A stretch of DNA of 64,000 bases from Okamejei kenojei (lineage: Eukaryota). Of the stretch, positions 24,465-36,900 are shown in pieces. The DNA lies in NCBI GenBank assembly GCA_035221665.1, contig CM069160.1, positions 23,746,001-23,810,000 of the forward strand. The letters are read 5' to 3'. The translations under genes and the position numbers were made by a program. Positions within the stretch are counted from its first letter, which is position 1, and every line of letters begins with the position of its first letter. The notes beneath the pieces are model-generated. The model was not told where the DNA came from, did not search any database, and saw nothing but the letters and a program-made list of their open reading frames with translations.

Positions 24465-27071
24465 TTTCTTTGTTTTTTTTTTTTTAAATATTTTTATTAT
24501 AGAAACATAATAATAACAAAAGACATTATTTTGCAATGATGAAAATATATGATATTAATGATATATTCGTACTGTTAATAATATTTGTATTATCATTGAT
24601 TATAAATTTTAAGACTATATATTTTATATAATTGAAAATACTTGGTACTAGTAATACATTCATAATATTAGTGATATATTCGTACTGTTGATAATATTTG
24701 TATTGTCATTGATTTTGAAATTTAAGACCATATTTTATATAATTGAAAAAACATAATACTAGTAACACCTTCATGCTATTAATTATATTTTCACACTGTT
24801 AATAATATTTGTATTATCATTGATTTTAAAATTTAAAATTATATATTTTATATAATTGAAAATACATGATACTAATAATACTTTCATGATATTAGTAATA
24901 TTTATATTCGTATTAATATTAAACATTTAAGATTATGTGTTTCTATACATTTTTCTATTTTTTTATAAAAGTATGAAAAAAAAGAGAAAAACAGTGTGAA
25001 AAGTTTGATGGAGAATGGAGTATTAATCATGAATCTGTCCTTGGAGATATATTCATGATTTATTATATATATTTCTTCATCCATTCAAATATTCAGGCCT
25101 CAGTCAAGCCCTCGTGCCGAACCATCATGACCCTGTAAATATTTAATATATGGAGACCAAATCGCTCTGAAGAGATCTAACCTGTCCATTAGGACAAGCC
25201 TCAATCTCTCCAGATGAAGTGTCTCCGACATTTCTGTGTTCCACATTTTGATTGTTGGGGATGGTGGGCCTTTCCAAAATTTTAGTATTAATTTTTTCAC
25301 AATTATTAAATCATAGTCGATAAAAATTATTTGGTTCATTGTTATTAGTTGGTCTGTTTCTAGTATTCCAAGTATTATTAACTTTGGATCAGGAGTCAAA
25401 ATTATATTGACAACATTCGAAATTATCTTAAATATTTCATTCCAGTATTTTGCAATTTTTATACAGTTAGTGAATGAATGTGATCAATTTGCTTCTGAGT
25501 TTTGGCATTTATCACATATAGGGGATACTTTTGGAAAGGTGTTATGTAATTTAGATTTGGAATAATGTAATCTATGTAGTATTTCAAACTGTATAAGGGA
25601 ATGTTTAGCATTTAACGAGCAATGATGTATATGTTGTAAACTTTCATCCCATAGTTCTGGCCTTATAATTTGGCCTAATTCATTTTCCCAAGACTGTCTA
25701 TATATTTCTGTTGATGGAACATCACTTTCCAATAGAGTATTGTATATATATGATATCATTTTTTCCCGTATTTGGATGTTTATTCAAGCATTCATCTAAA
25801 ATGTCTGTCTTTCTATTTCTAAGTTCTTGTGTATTTGCAGAAACATAATTTCTGATTTGTAAATATCTAAAATATTCTTTATTGTGTAGTCCATAAGTTT
25901 GTTGTAACTCTTGAAATGAAAGGAAAGAATTTTCCTCATAAAGATCACCCACCTTAGTAATTCCCTTATTTTTCCATTGTAAAAAAGCCTTGTCCATCAT
26001 TGAAGGTTTGAACGTAACATAATTGGCGATGGTAAGACATAATGGTATAGAATTTAGTTTTAATGTTTTCTTTATTTGTTTCCAGATGCGGATTCCGTTT
26101 TCTATTATCGGATTTTCACTATAAATTTTCTTAGCTAAGTTAGTGTTAGCAAATATTATAGAGCTAATTTCAAATGGAGAACAATCTTATTTTTCCATGT
26201 TTAACCAATTTGGTTTATTATCTATTTCTTCTAGCCAAAAATTCATATTTTTAATATTGACTGCCCAGTAATAAAACATAAAATTTGGTAGTGCTAATCC
26301 TCCATTTATTTTGGGTCTACATAAGTGTTTGTTATTTATTCTATGGCTCTTATAATCCCATATAAAGTTAGTAATTAGGGAATCTACCTTTTTGAAAAAA
26401 TATTTAGGGAGATATATCGGAATTAATTGAAATAGATGTAGTAATTGTGGGAGAAAGATCATTTTTATTGTATTAATTTTACCTAACATTGAAATAGGTA
26501 AGCTTTTCTAGTATACAATATTCTTATTTAATTTATTCAATAATGGGGGGAAGTTAAATTTAAATAAAGAGTCGAATCTTTTTGTAACGAAGATCACAAG
26601 ATATTTAATATTTTCGTTTGTTATCTTAAAGGGGAATTGTTGTAATATATGTAAGTCATTCACCGTTATTGGCATGAGTTCACTTTTATTCCAATTAATA
26701 CTGTATCCTGAGAAAGATCCGAATTCCGTTATTAGTTTTAACAGATTTCGGATACTTATTTCTGGTTCAGTGATATAAAGTAATACATCATCCGCATATA
26801 AGGAGATTTTATTTTTAGTGTCTCTAGTATCATATCCATGTATTTCCGGATGTAATCTCACCCTCTGGGCGAGAGGTTCTATTGCGAGTGCAAACAATAA
26901 AGGTGATAAAGGGCAACCTTGTCTACAACCTCGAGCTAAATTGAATTTAGTTGATAACATTCGGTTTGTTGTTATTCTAGCTGTCGGATTTGTATATAAC
27001 AATTTAATCCAAGTAGTAAACTTCTCTCCCAATTTGAAAGCTTCCATAACCGAAAATAGGTAAGGCCATTC
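24465..27071 (-). mobile_element. 5'-truncated L1-clade LINE with poly(A) tail and 14-bp TSD
   Basis: RGCRQGCPLSPLLFALAIEPLA, SLYADDVLLY, GGLALPNFMFYYWA; T-rich tail on + from 24465; TSD CATTGAGGGAAGTT at 24451-24464 and 27072-27085. Confidence 0.92.
24545..24920. repeat. About three copies of an AT-rich unit of roughly 115 bp in the L1 3' UTR
   Basis: Recurrent actgttRataatatttgtattRtcattgatt...tatataattgaaaa. Confidence 0.75.
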
Positions 27072-28740
27072 CATTGAGGGAAGTTAGTGTAGAAATAGCA
27101 GGGGCTATGAGTGAATTATTTCAAATGTCATTAGAAACGGGAATGGTGCCGGAGGATTGGCGTACTGCGCATGTTGTTCCAGTGTTTAAAAGGATTCTGA
27201 GAGTAAACCTAGCAATTATAGACCTGTTAGTTTGACGTCAGTGGGGGGCAAATTAAAGGAAAGGATACTTAAAGATAATAAATATAATCATCTGTATGAA
27301 GAGGATCTGATTGGGAACATTCAACATGGATTTGTACCTGGACCGCCATGTTTGACTAATCTTCTTGAATTTTCTGAAGTCGTTACTAGAGAAATTGATG
27401 AAGGTAAAGCGATGGATGTTGTCTATATGGACTTCAGAAAGGCCTTTGACAAGGTTCCACATAGACGGTTGTTTAAGAAGGTTCAATTGTGGGTATTAAA
27501 AGTGGAGTAGCAAGATGGATTCAACAGTGGTTGAATGGGAGATTCCAGAGAGTAATGGTGGATAACTGTTTGTCAGGATGGAGGCTGGTGACTAGTGGGG
27601 TGCCTCAGGGATCTAGGTTGGGTCCACTGTTGTTTGTCATATACATCAATGATCTGGATGATGGTGTGGTGACTTGGATTTGTATGTATGCAGGTGATGA
27701 TAAGATAGGTGGTGTTGTGGATAATGAAGGAGATTTTCAAAATCTACAGTGTCATTTAGGCCACTTGGAAGAGTGTGCTGGAAGATGGCAGATGGAGTTT
27801 AATGCTGATAAGCGTGAGGTGCTACATCTTGGCAGGACAAATATGAAGAGGACATGCATGGTAAATGGTAGAGCATTGAGGAATGAAGTTGAACAGAGGG
27901 ATCTAGGAATAACTGTGCATAGTTCCCTGAAGGTGGAATCTCATGCAGATAGGGCGGTAAAGAAAGCTTTCGGTGTGCTGGCCTTTATAAATCAGAGCAT
28001 TGAGTATATAAGTTGGGATGTAATGTTAAAATTGTACAAGGCACTGGTGAGGCCAATTCTGGAGTCTGGTGTACGATTTTGGTCGCCAGATTATAGGAAA
28101 GATGTCAACAAAACAGGGAGAGTACTGAGGAGATTTACTAGAATGTTGCCTGCGTTTCAGCACCTAGGTTACAGCGAAAGGTTGAACAAGATAGGTCTTT
28201 ATTATTTGTAACGCAGCGGGTTAAAGGGGGACTTGATAGAGGTATTGAAAATTATGAGCGGGATAGATAGAGTTGACGTGGATAAATGTTTTCCAATGAG
28301 AGTAGGGATGTTTGAAACAAGAGGGACACAAGTTTAGGGGTAACCTGAGGGGGAACATCTTTACTCCGAGAGTGGTAGCTCTGTGGAATGAGTTTCCAGT
28401 GCAAATGGTGGAGGCAGATTCGATTTAGACATAGATTGGATAGTATATGGACGGGAAAGGAATGGAGGATTATGATCTGAATGCGGGTACATGGGACTAG
28501 GTGAGAGTAAGTGTTCGGCACGGACTAGAAGGGCCGAGATGGCCTGTTTCGGTGCTCTAATTGTTATATGGTTATATGGTTATATGGTTTTGCAGGGCAA
28601 TCGCTATACAAAGCCTTGCGTGCACCGTGCATCACCGGATTGGCAAGGACAAGAGCCATCAAGAACACCACAGGCAGCGGAGAAGGCCTAGAGATGGCTC
28701 TGGATCAGGAGAGCAGGTCCTTGGGAAGGTGCGAATGCCA

Positions 28741-28858
28741 CCTGAACACAAGTCGTGGTCTGATCAACCACGGCTGGGTCGCCTGGACTAGGGTGTCTGA
28801 TGTTGAAAGACCAGAAACAACCAATGATGACAGGTTACATACTGAGGATGTGTTCAGG
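28741..28858 (+). ncRNA. Diverged homolog of the permuted hammerhead in the second HERO-like family 3' UTR (decayed)
   Basis: CCTGAACACA/TGTGTTCAGG closing helix, 9-bp hairpin with CTGATCA loop, GGTC/GACC stem II, GGGTGT-C-TGATG, GAAAC, CTGAGGA. Confidence 0.65.
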
Positions 28859-29078
28859 AGCATCAATAGATGCATTTTTATCAATTATATTTTGAACTGT
28901 TGAATATATGTCGAATAACTGCCCGGAATTTTATGATTGGTGGAAACTCAGAGATGAATCCTAATCATACTTCCTACAATGAGGAATAAAGAGTTCACTA
29001 TGCAAACTTGAACACGTCGTTCTCATGTTGGGAAATTGAAAATTGTAATTTATATTGTCTATTGAGTCTTTAGCTTAC

Positions 29079-29102
29079 CACATGGCGGGCAGATTGTATC
29101 TT
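29079..29102 (-). CDS. Micro-exon (24 nt, phase 1-1): EDTICPPC
   Basis: Minus strand cctttctttttttag|AAGATACAATCTGCCCGCCATGTG|gtaagc; paralog of 5315 with an in-frame 3-nt length difference. Confidence 0.78.
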
Positions 29103-29699
29103 CTAAAAAAAGAAAGGTAACGATGATTACATTTGCGCAATGGATTCTGATCGGAACTAAAATTAATTTGATGTCTGAGCTCGCCTGCACTTTTAAGCTT
29201 CATGTCGATGTTTTACTCGTCTAAACGGTAGTGTCAGACTGACATGCAGATCACGGTTCTACACGCACGGACTACAGTGCAGTAGTCATTTTCTTCTAAT
29301 TTCCAGAGCTATCAATGTCATACCGAGAGTCCAGGCTCAGTGAGAATAAGTCGCGGGCACAACCGGTGATATATCATGTGTACGAACGAACTGCAGACGA
29401 TGGTTTAAACCCAAGATGGACACAAAAAGGTGGAGTACCATAGCGGGACAGACCGCATTTCTGGAGAAAATGAATAGGCGACGTATCTCCACCTCCATGA
29501 GAAAAATCAACTAATACTTTTCTCCAGTGATGCCGTCTCAACCGTTGAGTTTCTCCAGCGTTTTGTATTTTCGCCGAAACATCTTGACTGCCTAAAGGCT
29601 CCCTGTTTTTTGTTGCAGAATTTCATCTTTCTCCATGACGTCGATCGATTGAGAATGCAATTGAACGCGAAATTCAGATACTGTGCGATTGAGAAACAT

Positions 29700-29962
29700 A
29701 AATTACGCGTGCACCAACGATCTTCACACACTAACACTATACTACACACTCGGGACAATTTACCTGACCATTTGAACGACAATTAACCTAATATCCTCTA
29801 CATCTTTGTAGTGTGGGATGAAACCGCAGCACCCGGCAGAAGCCGACAGAGGTCACGGGAGAACGTACAAACTCCGGACAGACAGCACAAGCAATCAAGA
29901 TTAAACCCGGGTCCCCGGCGCTGTAAGGCAGCAAGTATACCGCTCTGCCACTGTGCCTCTCC
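29700..29962 (-). mobile_element. tRNA-derived V-SINE-like element
   Basis: Minus strand gcacagtggcagagcgg (A-box-like), gacccgggtttaatc (B-box-like), then ggagtttgtacgttctcccgtgacc..ggtttcatcccaca V-domain-like sequence. Confidence 0.75.
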
Positions 29963-31313
29963 GGTTTTTTGCATAACTTGACAGTTTGTTCTTCGTCAAT
30001 TCCGAACACAAACGTATATCGCCTAATGTTTTTATGTCTTCTTATTTATTGAAATTATTTAACTCAACACTAAAGCCTGTAAATTAACCCACTGAACAGG
30101 TGTTTTTAAAGAATCGCTTCAACGCATCTGAGACCTGTTGCATATTTAACCCCACTTGTCAAATGCGGATTCAAGTTAACAGCATCCACCTGTTGCTGTA
30201 ATGTACCAACTGGCCTATATCTCCACCTATTGGCATCCTGTGAAATCATGGCATTCGGAATTATTGTACACATATTGTGGATAATTTAATTGTGCAGATT
30301 AATTTCAGCATCAGCAGATTGTTTTAGCTATGTATTTATGATAGGTGACATACTCTGGCGTATTACCGCTATTCGTCGTGTTCTCATCAAATCATTGTCC
30401 TGTTACGTCGGACTACGTTGAAATATTCGAAATCAAAAATTCACAAGTCAATCCGCCGCTGACAAATCACTTGTTTACAACATAGCTCACGTACATCAGA
30501 AAACGGCTTTTCTTTTTTACGCATTGATTTATTCTTTTCAAAATTATAATTATATTTTTTACAATCTTGAATAAAAAGTCATTTCATACAGTCCATCATT
30601 ATCCATTAAGGTTCTATTCCTTTCTTGGGCTTCCATTTCAGTCTTTTTCCTAATGAGAGTGTTCACATTTGTTATATTTCAATCCGTTTATATTCCAATT
30701 TGTTAGAATAATATCAAAATGTACGCACGATTACGAAAATTGTCGTTTTTTGGTGTGACTGCGTATGTTGAAATGCAGCGATGGAGTGCACCAAATCTTG
30801 GAAAGTTTTAGTCATTTTCATTCCGATTAATGTTTAACCAATAACGTGATTTTTACTTAATTTCTCTATTTTCACATCATTTGGATCCCCAAGACTTCAG
30901 TGACTGTTTTATTTTTTCCGTGAAAATAACGCATGGCATTTCTTGAATTTATTTGACATTTTATTACCTTCTCATTCCCCCAAGTTTACCAATCTTGTCA
31001 TAATTTGTCTACGCTTAAACAGGTCAATCATCCTTTCCACGTTAATAAAAAACTGACTGTTGAACGCTGCGATCCTGTCAGTTTTCTTTGGGAAATCTTG
31101 GGCTGGTCACATGATGATAACCACGTACGGATGATATTTAGATTATTGCGGTGCAAGGCAAAATCCTGGGACATTCGGACAAGCATGGTTATTTTATAAA
31201 TCGCCATTTTCATAAGGAGGAAATAAGAAAATGTCTTCTAGAGTACCGGAAGCTAGAATGCTACCACGCAGCGAAATTTGAAAGAAAATGTTATTTTAAG
31301 GTTAGGTTCTCAC

Positions 31314-31349
31314 CTGCTTCTTTCAGGCGTTTTTTCAATGCAAGTATTT
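31314..31349 (-). CDS. Micro-exon (36 nt, phase 1-1): EILALKKRLKEA
   Basis: Minus strand cattttctgtacag|AAATACTTGCATTGAAAAAACGCCTGAAAGAAGCAG|gtgaga. Confidence 0.85.
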
Positions 31350-33580
31350 CTGTACAGAAAATGTAAGATACGAATTAGTATCATTAGCTGTGTAGAGTGG
31401 AGGTCCGCAACGATGAGTGTTCAGAGTTCCCTTGTCTGTGATGTGTATACTATAGACTTGGACGAAGATGCCGGTGGTTTGGTTTGTAGGTATGCAGACG
31501 ACTCTACAGTTGGTGGTGCGAATAGTGAATAAGGCTATCAACACTTACTGTAGGATATAGGTCAGAAAGCGGCATTCGATGAGAAATGGAATAAGAAGTA
31601 TATTTCGACTATGTGACATGTTGCACATTGGGAGGCCTAACGAAGCGGGGAGAAGTGCTGCATTTGAAAGTATCGTTAACAACGTCAATGTACAGAGGGG
31701 TATTGGGTTCTAAATCCTTAGTTCCCTCAAACTAGCCGAATTATAATTTTGATCGGGGACTATTTGGAGTATTGTGTGCAGTGTTGGTCGCAATAATGCA
31801 TGAATCAAGTAAATGTTTTGGAGAGGATGCAGATGAAATTTAGCAAAACGCTCCCTGGAATTCATTTGTATTTGACGTAAAGATGTTGGAAGACTTCGTA
31901 TAGTTTCACTGAAAATTCGGGGGCTGAGAGGTGACTAGAAAGATTAATACAGCATGACGAAAGGCATACACATGGAAGAATGTCACCTTTTCCCCCTAGA
32001 TTGGAAATGTTATATGTTTGAGCATATGTTTGAGGTGTGGAACCAAATGAAAGAAGGTGCGTGGAGGAAACATTTACGCAGATGATGGTTAGTGCTTTGG
32101 CAGCGTTTCAATGGTGGTGGTGGAAGCAATTACGGCGTGGATTTCAGGCTATTTTTGAGAGACACAGGAATATGCAAGAATACAGGCAAAAGGGAGTATC
32201 ATCATTTTGAATCATGTGTAGGAAAAACGTAAACGGACCTAACGTCAAGAGACTGTTCCAATGCTGCACTGTTCTACGTCTTATGCTGTATTGTTTCCAG
32301 GTATACATTATATCGATTACATTAGATCATGCAATTTGAATATGTAATATAATCGGACATATATTTTCTGGCCGAGTAACGTGGAGATTAAAAATAAATA
32401 ATGCTGTAAGTTACAAAATATACAACTAATTACATAATATAGAAATTAAGAATCCTGTCATCGTTTTCGATATATCGTGAGAGAGGATAGTATTGCTATC
32501 GAGCTGTCGGGAATCGGTGGACCTGTCGTCGCAATAGCAGCTGGAAGCATGTGTTCTTGGCTGCGAGAAAGTTACATGGTTATTATGCAATGAGCGCTAT
32601 ATTACACCAAGGACATTGAAAACTATTCGCCAGGCACCAACCACATATTTTTTTCAATGACAGTTTGAACGGAATTGTCCGATGGATCAATTCGGCTCCA
32701 GATTCCCATTGCTGCCACGATTGGAAAATGCATTTCGAGTAATCAAGTAACAACATCGTGGAAATCTCGTGTAGTTAAAGGAGGAATGCAGATGAAATTT
32801 AGCCTCTTTGGTCAGCTGGAATCAACTGCAGGATTTTCAGCCCACCAGGTGTGAAGGGTAGTTTTGCGGGAACGTACCGTAAATGCAAGGCCTACGTACA
32901 TTTTTCTGAGAAATTATTTCAGTAATCTTCTCGGGCTGAGACAATTGGCTTCCAATTATTTTATTGTCTTATTGAGCCCCTTTGGTTCATGCAACTGTAT
33001 GACATTTGATTTCACTTACACAGGAATACTGTACTATCGCTTTTCCGACAATGCAGACATTAAATTAATATGCTTTGCTTTCAGCACCTTGGTACAAATT
33101 GACACACTGAGTGTTCTTTGATTACAGGGAAGGGAAAGGGATTGTAGTTCAATGTTCTCACCAGGACAACATTTTCCATTCGAAAAAGAACATTTTTCTC
33201 CAAAACTTTGTTCATGACAACTTTCCTTAATTTGCCGATGATCATGACAGTTTGACATGCCAATAAATAGCAGAGTCGGATAGTTTTCCTTCCAAAAATA
33301 TAATTAATAGTTTGCATTGCAACGTCGCTACCATGTTCAATCACATACTAACGTCACAATGCCATTTGTTACTAAATAAATATATATAAACACAACATGT
33401 TTTGAAGCCACTGTAACACCTTATTTTAATATGCAAAATCCATATTAGTGGAGGATAACAAATTGTTACAATTCCCCATTAAATCATTCAAATGCGTGAC
33501 GAAAAATAAACATAATTGACATATATTATGGTTAAAAATATTTACTGCTGGTGCAGAGTAAAATAAGGTTATGCCCATAC

Positions 33581-33607
33581 CTTCGTCTTTTTGCTTTAGC
33601 ATTTCTT
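33581..33607 (-). CDS. Micro-exon (27 nt, phase 1-1): EEMLKQKDE
   Basis: Minus strand gtattttcccgacag|AAGAAATGCTAAAGCAAAAAGACGAAG|gtatgg. Confidence 0.82.
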
Positions 33608-33904
33608 CTGTCGGGAAAATACTTCATAGTTTTATATTGATGTTTACAAATTTCAGCTATTTTTTTTAGCCGCCAATGCTTTAAAAGAACAGTGTTACTG
33701 CAGAAAAAGATAATGTTTTATTTCTCATTGACAATAAAACAAATAATTTGGTTTGAACGTTCTTAAAGCTACGTAGATCTGCGTCAGTTGTTGAAATAGC
33801 GCAGTTCACACTATGCTGCTTAGATACTATTGGAAACATCGTGGTATTAAACAGATAAAACTTGAATAATTTCTGCATAACCGCTCAACGAATTGACAGT
33901 AAAT

Positions 33905-36900
33905 TAGTAAGATTAAACGAGAACTTACCAGTTTGAAGTTTGGTCTTTATTTCATGAGGAGTTGCGATGAGGGATTTTGTGAAGACCCCGCCAGGAACGC
34001 AAGCGCGACATTCTTCAAAGCAGCGGTGTGGAATCACAGAACTACCTAGAAATGAACTAATATAGTAAGATTGAACAGACTCTATTTACCAGCTGACCTT
34101 ATAATAGAGGGTTGGGAGCGGAGGGCACGACATCCCTCATCGCAACAACAACCGTTTAAACTTACTATTTAATTTCGGAGTCACGTGAGTGACTTCGTGA
34201 AGATTTCAAAGCACTGTGATTACATGCCCTGGATCACGACCATGGCCACACACTGAGAAATACTGATGTAGGAAGTATGTTAACGTATTTCAGACTTGAC
34301 GAAGCTGAAAAATAATAACATTATCGTTAATACAACAATAAACCCTTGAACTCCGGGACAAACGTTTAGGGAACAGCACTTAAAATTGACTCCGCAAACG
34401 TTGCGGGAGCGGCCACAGGTTAGTTATGAAATCGCTGAAATGTAATTTCACTGGCCCAGCCCGCTATTGCGAGGACATGATCCATGAACACCTCCATGGT
34501 CCTCGCCGCTGATGTGGATGCAGCCCTGGTAGAACGACATTTTAAAATGATTAGTGTCTTACCTGCTGCACTGAATACCACCTTGAGCCATCTGGAGATA
34601 GTCTGCACCGTCACCCTGTGACGTCGGTTTCCATGGCTGATAACAGATCCGCCTCCATATTCCTGATGGCCATTTTCAGACCTGTAGTCGCAGGTCTGTG
34701 TAGTTAAAGCAACTATTTTATAAAGAAGTTACTTTATTATGGGTCAATCATTCGATCCAGGTTTAATTCCTGTAGAGTCTGGACCCGTTGTGCTGTGTTC
34801 AGTGCCATTACCATCACCAATTTAAAGTTGAGTAAGTCCAGTGGTAAATCCGTCATAGGCGACCAGCTCCTGAGTAGGGTCAATACCACCCTTATATCTC
34901 AGGTAATATAATATCGTGGTCTGGGAGGGATGGATAGAACATATCCCTCATAGTTTGGATACCAGCTGGTGAGATACCACTCCAATGTTGAGATAGGATG
35001 ACAGTGCATTCCTGGCACTGTATACGGCACTGTAACGGAGGGACTCAACAAACGAAGACCCGTGAGGATGCCAGCACATTGGAGATCGTAGCAGATATGT
35101 AGGTGGTCTTGGTCCGACTACAGAAACCTCCCATATCCTTATGTAGGTGAGGTACTGCTTCCTTGTGGACTCTCCCTGCACGATGCTGTATGGCGTCCAT
35201 GGCCCTTATGTTGCAGAACATGGTTGCGTTTTCTGCAACACCTGACTGATGAAGCAGAATGTGGAAAGCATAGAAATCCATTTGCCCCAATGTAGCGAGA
35301 ACTTGTCATCGCCACTGCCCCGGGATCTGGTTCTCTAGAGACACATATTGGTATCTAATGGTTGAACCTGGAGACAAGGAGGTCGATATCTGGTGTTCCA
35401 TATTAGGCTATAGTTTTAGCAAATATTTGGAGGTTCAACATCCACTTGGTGTCGTTATTAAATACTTGTGACCTGGTGTCCGCCACTATATTGAGCTTAA
35501 CCAGATGGCACATAGCTGATTTGTAATTATTTATTTCAATGCACCAGAGCCATATTATTTTTTTTTCCAATTCATCACAAGATATTGACTTGATACTAGC
35601 CATAAGGATTAAATTAGTCACCTCTGTGGTATTATTTTGAGATGGACATACGTATGCTGCAGATTAGTGCATTAAGGCCACAACCCGTTACATGCTCCCA
35701 GCATTTCTGACAGTCCCAGTCTTTGGTGCTTGCGTCGGTCTGTAACAGGACTAATGGGTTTTATGTAATGATGGGATTTAAAAAACACAACATTGCTAAC
35801 CCACCATTGTAGCTCAATTTATGCTTTGATTGGCGGCTGCATAGGCCCGTAAAAAATGTCCTGCATTCGTTATTAATGCAGAGATTTTGCTCTTTGCAAG
35901 CTTTGATAGTGTAACGGCCCAATTACGTAGCTAGAATGTAGCTTCACGTTTACCAATTACCTTAGCAGCATGTTTAATAGTCGGTTTCCAGGCGCAAGCA
36001 AGGCAGTTACATGCCTGTATAATGTCTATTGCTTTGTCCCTGGGATAGTGACAATCAGACCCATGTATCCCAGAATGTATGTAACACTTCCTAGAAAACC
36101 AGACATGGCTGCCGGCGGGCCTGTCGTTCTGCTTCCTGGTGTTCGTTGAATTGTGTTGAGGTGCTGCTGACGAATAGGTCCTTACTGGTCTTTCAGTTGG
36201 CCCGAGATCTTGCATATGATGTTTGCCTGCGCACTGCTGCCCTGCTGGAGGGAGGTGGGTTATCAACCCAACTGCCTCTACCTCCTAATCCAGGTCCTTG
36301 ACCTGTATGGGCAGGTCCTCGCCGAACAGCTGTCTCTGTGGTGGCGTCGCAGATGCCTTGTCCAACCCCGCAAATATGGGGTTAAGGAGTCGGTTGAATG
36401 GAGATATTTCGGGAAGTGTTAATTTCATGCCTAATATCGCAAGAGCATCCTCCTGCTCTGCCGTCATTTCCGTACTGTCAACCGACCTGGCAAAGGCAGT
36501 AATCCCCGACGTCAGCAATTTCAGCATCTTTTGTAACTTCATCGCCTGTGCCCTTATCCCGGGACTGTTGTTGCCCCAGATGGGCGTGTTGACTGTCGGT
36601 ACATTCAACGATATGCAGTTAGAAACATAGAAACATAGATATTAGGTGCAGGAGCAGGCTATTCGGCCCTTCGAGCCTGCACCGCCATTCAATATGATCA
36701 TGGCTGGTCATCCAACTCAGTATCCTGTACCTGCCTTCTCTCCATACCCCCTGATCCCTTCAGCCACAAGGGCCACATCCAACTCCCTCTTAAATATGGC
36801 CAATAGGGCCTCAACTACCTTCTGTGGCAGAGAAATCCACAGGTTCACCACTCTCTGTTGTTTGGTCCTCGTATTTGTTGATCGTCTTCGTAAGGACGTG

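Larger units (their letters stand above)
23441..28588 (+). mobile_element. CR1 LINE inserted in the HERO-like element, itself interrupted by an L1-like element
   Basis: VIVGDFNFPHI (APE end), YMDFRKAFDKVPH, SGVPQGS, LKLYKALVRP; (gttatatg)n tail at 28563-28588. Confidence 0.92.
21250..28870 (+). mobile_element. Second, diverged HERO-like RLE non-LTR family (decayed; body 21250-23440, 3' end 28589-28870), split by CR1
   Basis: LSVEGNIFFSI, FMDDLT, FKPGKSRSL, AVYDVLPSPSN, LLELTMP, PIEVGCR; reading resumes FAGQSLYKAL after the CR1 tail; internal 192-bp tandem duplication at about 21865-22250. Confidence 0.85.
28900..33900. repeat. Old intragenic tandem duplication, copy 2 (three-exon unit)
   Basis: Collinear with 5100-7312 plus 18302-21000, e.g. 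ttttcataaggaggaaataaga (about 18567 vs 31207), ctgtaacacctta (about 20502 vs 33411), aattgacagtaa (about 20982 vs 33891). Confidence 0.85.

Noticed and set aside
5100-33900. Duplicated units as Ig/TCR gene segments
   Set aside because: No heptamer-spacer-nonamer recombination signals or Ig-domain Cys/Trp pattern found by eye; the conserved parts are coiled-coil micro-exons
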